NCBI GenBank assembly: GCA_051747805.1
Contig: JBNJGP010000036.1
Location: forward strand, 9,723 to 27,015
Source: Candidatus Muiribacteriota bacterium
GTDB lineage: Bacteria; Muiribacteriota; Muiribacteriia; Muiribacteriales; Muiribacteriaceae
Length of the DNA stretch: 17,293 nt
Direction of reading: 5' to 3'
Shown: positions 15,136-17,293 of the stretch, piece after piece
Numbering within the stretch: position 1 is the stretch's first letter
How the letters are laid out: each line of letters begins with the position of its first letter
Made by a program: the position numbers and the translations under genes
Notes under the pieces: generated by a model
Database searches by the model: none
The model's input: the letters and a program-made list of their open reading frames with translations, nothing else
Told to the model about the DNA's origin: nothing

Positions 15136-16992
15136 TTATATTGATTTTTCAATTATTTTGTTCATTCTCTGAACATATTTTCTGAAATCAGTGTTTAATC
15201 CTGCAAGGATTACTGCGTTGTCATAAATTTGTTCTGTTAATTCTCTTGCAAACTCTTCGTTTGTGGCTCTTAAGCCTGCAAGTTTTTCAATTATTGGATG
15301 GTCGGGGTTGATTTCTAAATCATTCATTCCGGCGCCCATGTTTGCACCCATTCCCTGTTGTTTGTTCATCATACTCATAAATTTCTGCATTCCCTGAGTC
15401 ATTCCTTCACTTGTTAATAATGCAGGGCTGTCAACTAGTCTTGAGGATAGTTTTACTTCTTTAATTTTGTCTTTAAGAACTTCGTCTTTTATCCATTTTG
15501 CAAGGGCTTCTATGTCTGCAACATTTTCTTTTTTTTCTTCATCTGCTATGTCTAATTTTGCCGAGTCAGCTGAAACAATTTTTGTCCCATTATATTCTGA
15601 TAAATTCTGGAATACAAAATCATCAACTGGTTCGTAGGCAAATAAAACATCAACATCTTTTTTTCTGAACATTTCAACATATGGGCTGGCTTCTAATGCT
15701 TCATAGCTTGAGCCGGTCATGTAGTATATTTCTTTTTGATCTTCTTTTTTGTTTTTGATGTACTCATCAATTGATATATATTTTTTTTCTTTCATTGATT
15801 CGTATCTTAACAATTTTGAAATATCATCTTTTCTCTGAAAGTCCTGAACAATTCCTTCTTTTAAATATGCTGAAAATTCTTTGTAAAATTCAAGATATTT
15901 TTCTTCTTCTTTTTTAGCTTTTTCGCTGAATAATTTTAAAACTCTTTTTGTTAATATATTCCTTATTTTTGTGATTACCGCACTGTCTTGAAGTGCTTCG
16001 CGTGAAATATTTAATGGAAGGTCGGGGGAGTCAACAACACCTTTTACAAATCTGAGCCATTTTGGAAGTATATTTTTCACTTTTGAGTCAATCAGAATTT
16101 TTTTACAATAAAGGGATACTTCGGAATCTTCTAACTGCCTGAATCCCATTTTCTCAACATTTGTTTCTGGAATAAATAACAGAGCGTCTATTGCAAGTGG
16201 TGCGTCAGTTTTAAAATGTAATCTGAATTTTGGGTCTGACATATCGTTTGAAATAAATTTATAAAATTCATTGTACTGTTCATCTGTTATTTCAGATTTT
16301 GCTTTTGTCCATATTGCATCAATTGTGTTGATTCTTTCGTCTTTAACAAAAATAGGGAATGATATAAAATTAGAATGAGTTTTAATTGTTTCTTTTACTG
16401 TGTCTGCATTTGTAAATTCTTTACAATCCTCTTTTAAGAATATTTCTATTGTTGTTCCTCTTGGATGATTTTTTATTTCATCGATTGTAAAAGTGTTTTT
16501 GCCATCTGATTCCCATTTATATGATTTGCTGTTTTTTGCGTATGAGCTTGTTTTAACAACCACTTTTTCGGCAACCATGAATGCTGAATAGAAACCGACT
16601 CCAAATTGTCCTATTAACTGTAAATCCTCTTTTGTTTTTGCTTTTGAAATATATTCAAGTACTCCTGAATGTGCAACTGTTCCAAGGTCGGTTTTTAATT
16701 GATTTTTGGTCATTCCTACACCAGTGTCTTTAAATATTATTTTGTTTTCTTTTTCATCAAAATCAACATGAATTTCCAGCGGCGTTTCGCTGTCTTTATA
16801 ATTTTTTTCTGTCAGCGAGATGTATCTTAGTTTTTCAAGCGCGTCTGATGAGTTTGAGATAAGCTCTCTTATAAAGATTGATTTGTCTGTGTAAAGTGAG
16901 TTAATTACAATATCCAGTACTTTTGATATTTCTGCCTGGAATTTAAATTCTTCATGATTTTTATTTTTTTCTTTTTCCATTTCCTGAGTCAT
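15136..16992 (-). CDS. htpG: Molecular chaperone HtpG (Hsp90)
   Basis: FQAEI..LD.VINSLY, IFIRELISNSSDA, DTGVGM, LIGQFGVGFYSAFMVA, RGT, GVVDSPDLPLNISRE, LKEG, LLRYES, SPYVE, RLVDSPA, LEINPDHPII. GGAGG RBS at 17003-16999. Confidence 0.97.
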   Translation of the reverse strand: MTQEMEKEKNKNHEEFKFQAEISKVLDIVINSLYTDKSIFIRELISNSSDALEKLRYISLTEKNYKDSETPLEIHVDFDEKENKIIFKDTGVGMTKNQLKTDLGTVAHSGVLEYISKAKTKEDLQLIGQFGVGFYSAFMVAEKVVVKTSSYAKNSKSYKWESDGKNTFTIDEIKNHPRGTTIEIFLKEDCKEFTNADTVKETIKTHSNFISFPIFVKDERINTIDAIWTKAKSEITDEQYNEFYKFISNDMSDPKFRLHFKTDAPLAIDALLFIPETNVEKMGFRQLEDSEVSLYCKKILIDSKVKNILPKWLRFVKGVVDSPDLPLNISREALQDSAVITKIRNILTKRVLKLFSEKAKKEEEKYLEFYKEFSAYLKEGIVQDFQRKDDISKLLRYESMKEKKYISIDEYIKNKKEDQKEIYYMTGSSYEALEASPYVEMFRKKDVDVLFAYEPVDDFVFQNLSEYNGTKIVSADSAKLDIADEEKKENVADIEALAKWIKDEVLKDKIKEVKLSSRLVDSPALLTSEGMTQGMQKFMSMMNKQQGMGANMGAGMNDLEINPDHPIIEKLAGLRATNEEFARELTEQIYDNAVILAGLNTDFRKYVQRMNKIIEKSI

Positions 16993-17028
16993 AATATTCC
17001 TCCAGTTTTTTTATAGTTTGCCTTTTTA

Positions 17029-17044
17029 TGCAAAATATGTTCCA
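17029..17044 (-). promoter_or_regulatory. Putative sigma54 (-24/-12) promoter of htpG
   Basis: The minus strand reads TGGAACATATTTTGCA, with exact GG-N10-GC spacing and one mismatch to TGGCAC-N5-TTGCA. It ends 36 nt before the ATG. Confidence 0.6.
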
Positions 17045-17148
17045 ATTTTTTTTCCTTTCTATTAGTAAGGGCTTTGATATTAAGTGGATTAATTTTTTTT
17101 AATTTTAAATCCTTTTTTAGTGTGTATATTTTACTCAAGTTTATGTGG

Positions 17149-17180
17149 AAAAAATAAAGGGCGGGGAAGATATCCCCGCC
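17149..17180 (-). terminator. Rho-independent terminator of the last, partial gene
   Basis: GGCGGGGA-AGATA-TCCCCGCC (17160-17180), an 8-bp stem followed on the minus strand by CTTTATTTTTT. Starts 17 nt after the stop at 17198. Confidence 0.85.
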
Positions 17181-17197
17181 GTGAAATTTTAAATAAA

Positions 17198-17293
17198 TTA
17201 GTTGTCTAAATTTGTAATTTCTATACCATTACTTGTTATACCAGTTATATTAATTGTATTACCTTCACTTACATTATAACCGGTTAAAATAGC
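17198..17293 (-). CDS. 3' end of a gene running in from beyond the window; product unknown
   Basis: The minus-strand frame reads AILTGYNVSEGNTINITGITSNGIEITNLDN-stop and is followed by a clear terminator. Confidence 0.65.
   Translation of the reverse strand, partial: AILTGYNVSEGNTINITGITSNGIEITNLDN

Noticed and set aside
17082..17151. DnaA-box-like words (TTTTCCACA, TAATCCACT) suggesting an origin
   Set aside because: Only one or two mismatched boxes, no cluster and no origin-associated genes.

Overview
AT-rich (roughly 30% GC by eye) chromosomal window from a diderm bacterium (it carries an LptF/LptG-family gene). On the + strand: a 5'-truncated hypothetical gene, a glycan-precursor cluster (polyprenyl-phosphate sugar phosphotransferase, manC, gmd) and a moxR-DUF58-membrane protein-batA-batB operon. 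These are followed by a minus-strand lptF/G-ahcY-like-PNP operon, a divergent ABC-F gene, htpG (-) and the 3' end of another gene (-). The most unusual signal is non-coding. Four copies of a ~23-bp motif, GGGGTCAGGTCTACACTTTTCAC, form two inverted pairs (9923-10104 and 14957-15113). Each pair sits at a convergent gene junction and encloses an unrelated, very AT-rich core, with no transposase and no target-site duplication. One copy supplies the BatB C-terminus, and codons just outside the GGGG ends appear compositionally skewed. Other points of interest: an AhcY homolog with His in place of the catalytic Lys, symmetric back-to-back leaderless-type promoters, sigma54-like promoters before both chaperone genes, and an inverted heptamer array between manC and gmd. 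All calls and counts come from manual motif reading; no database search was run.
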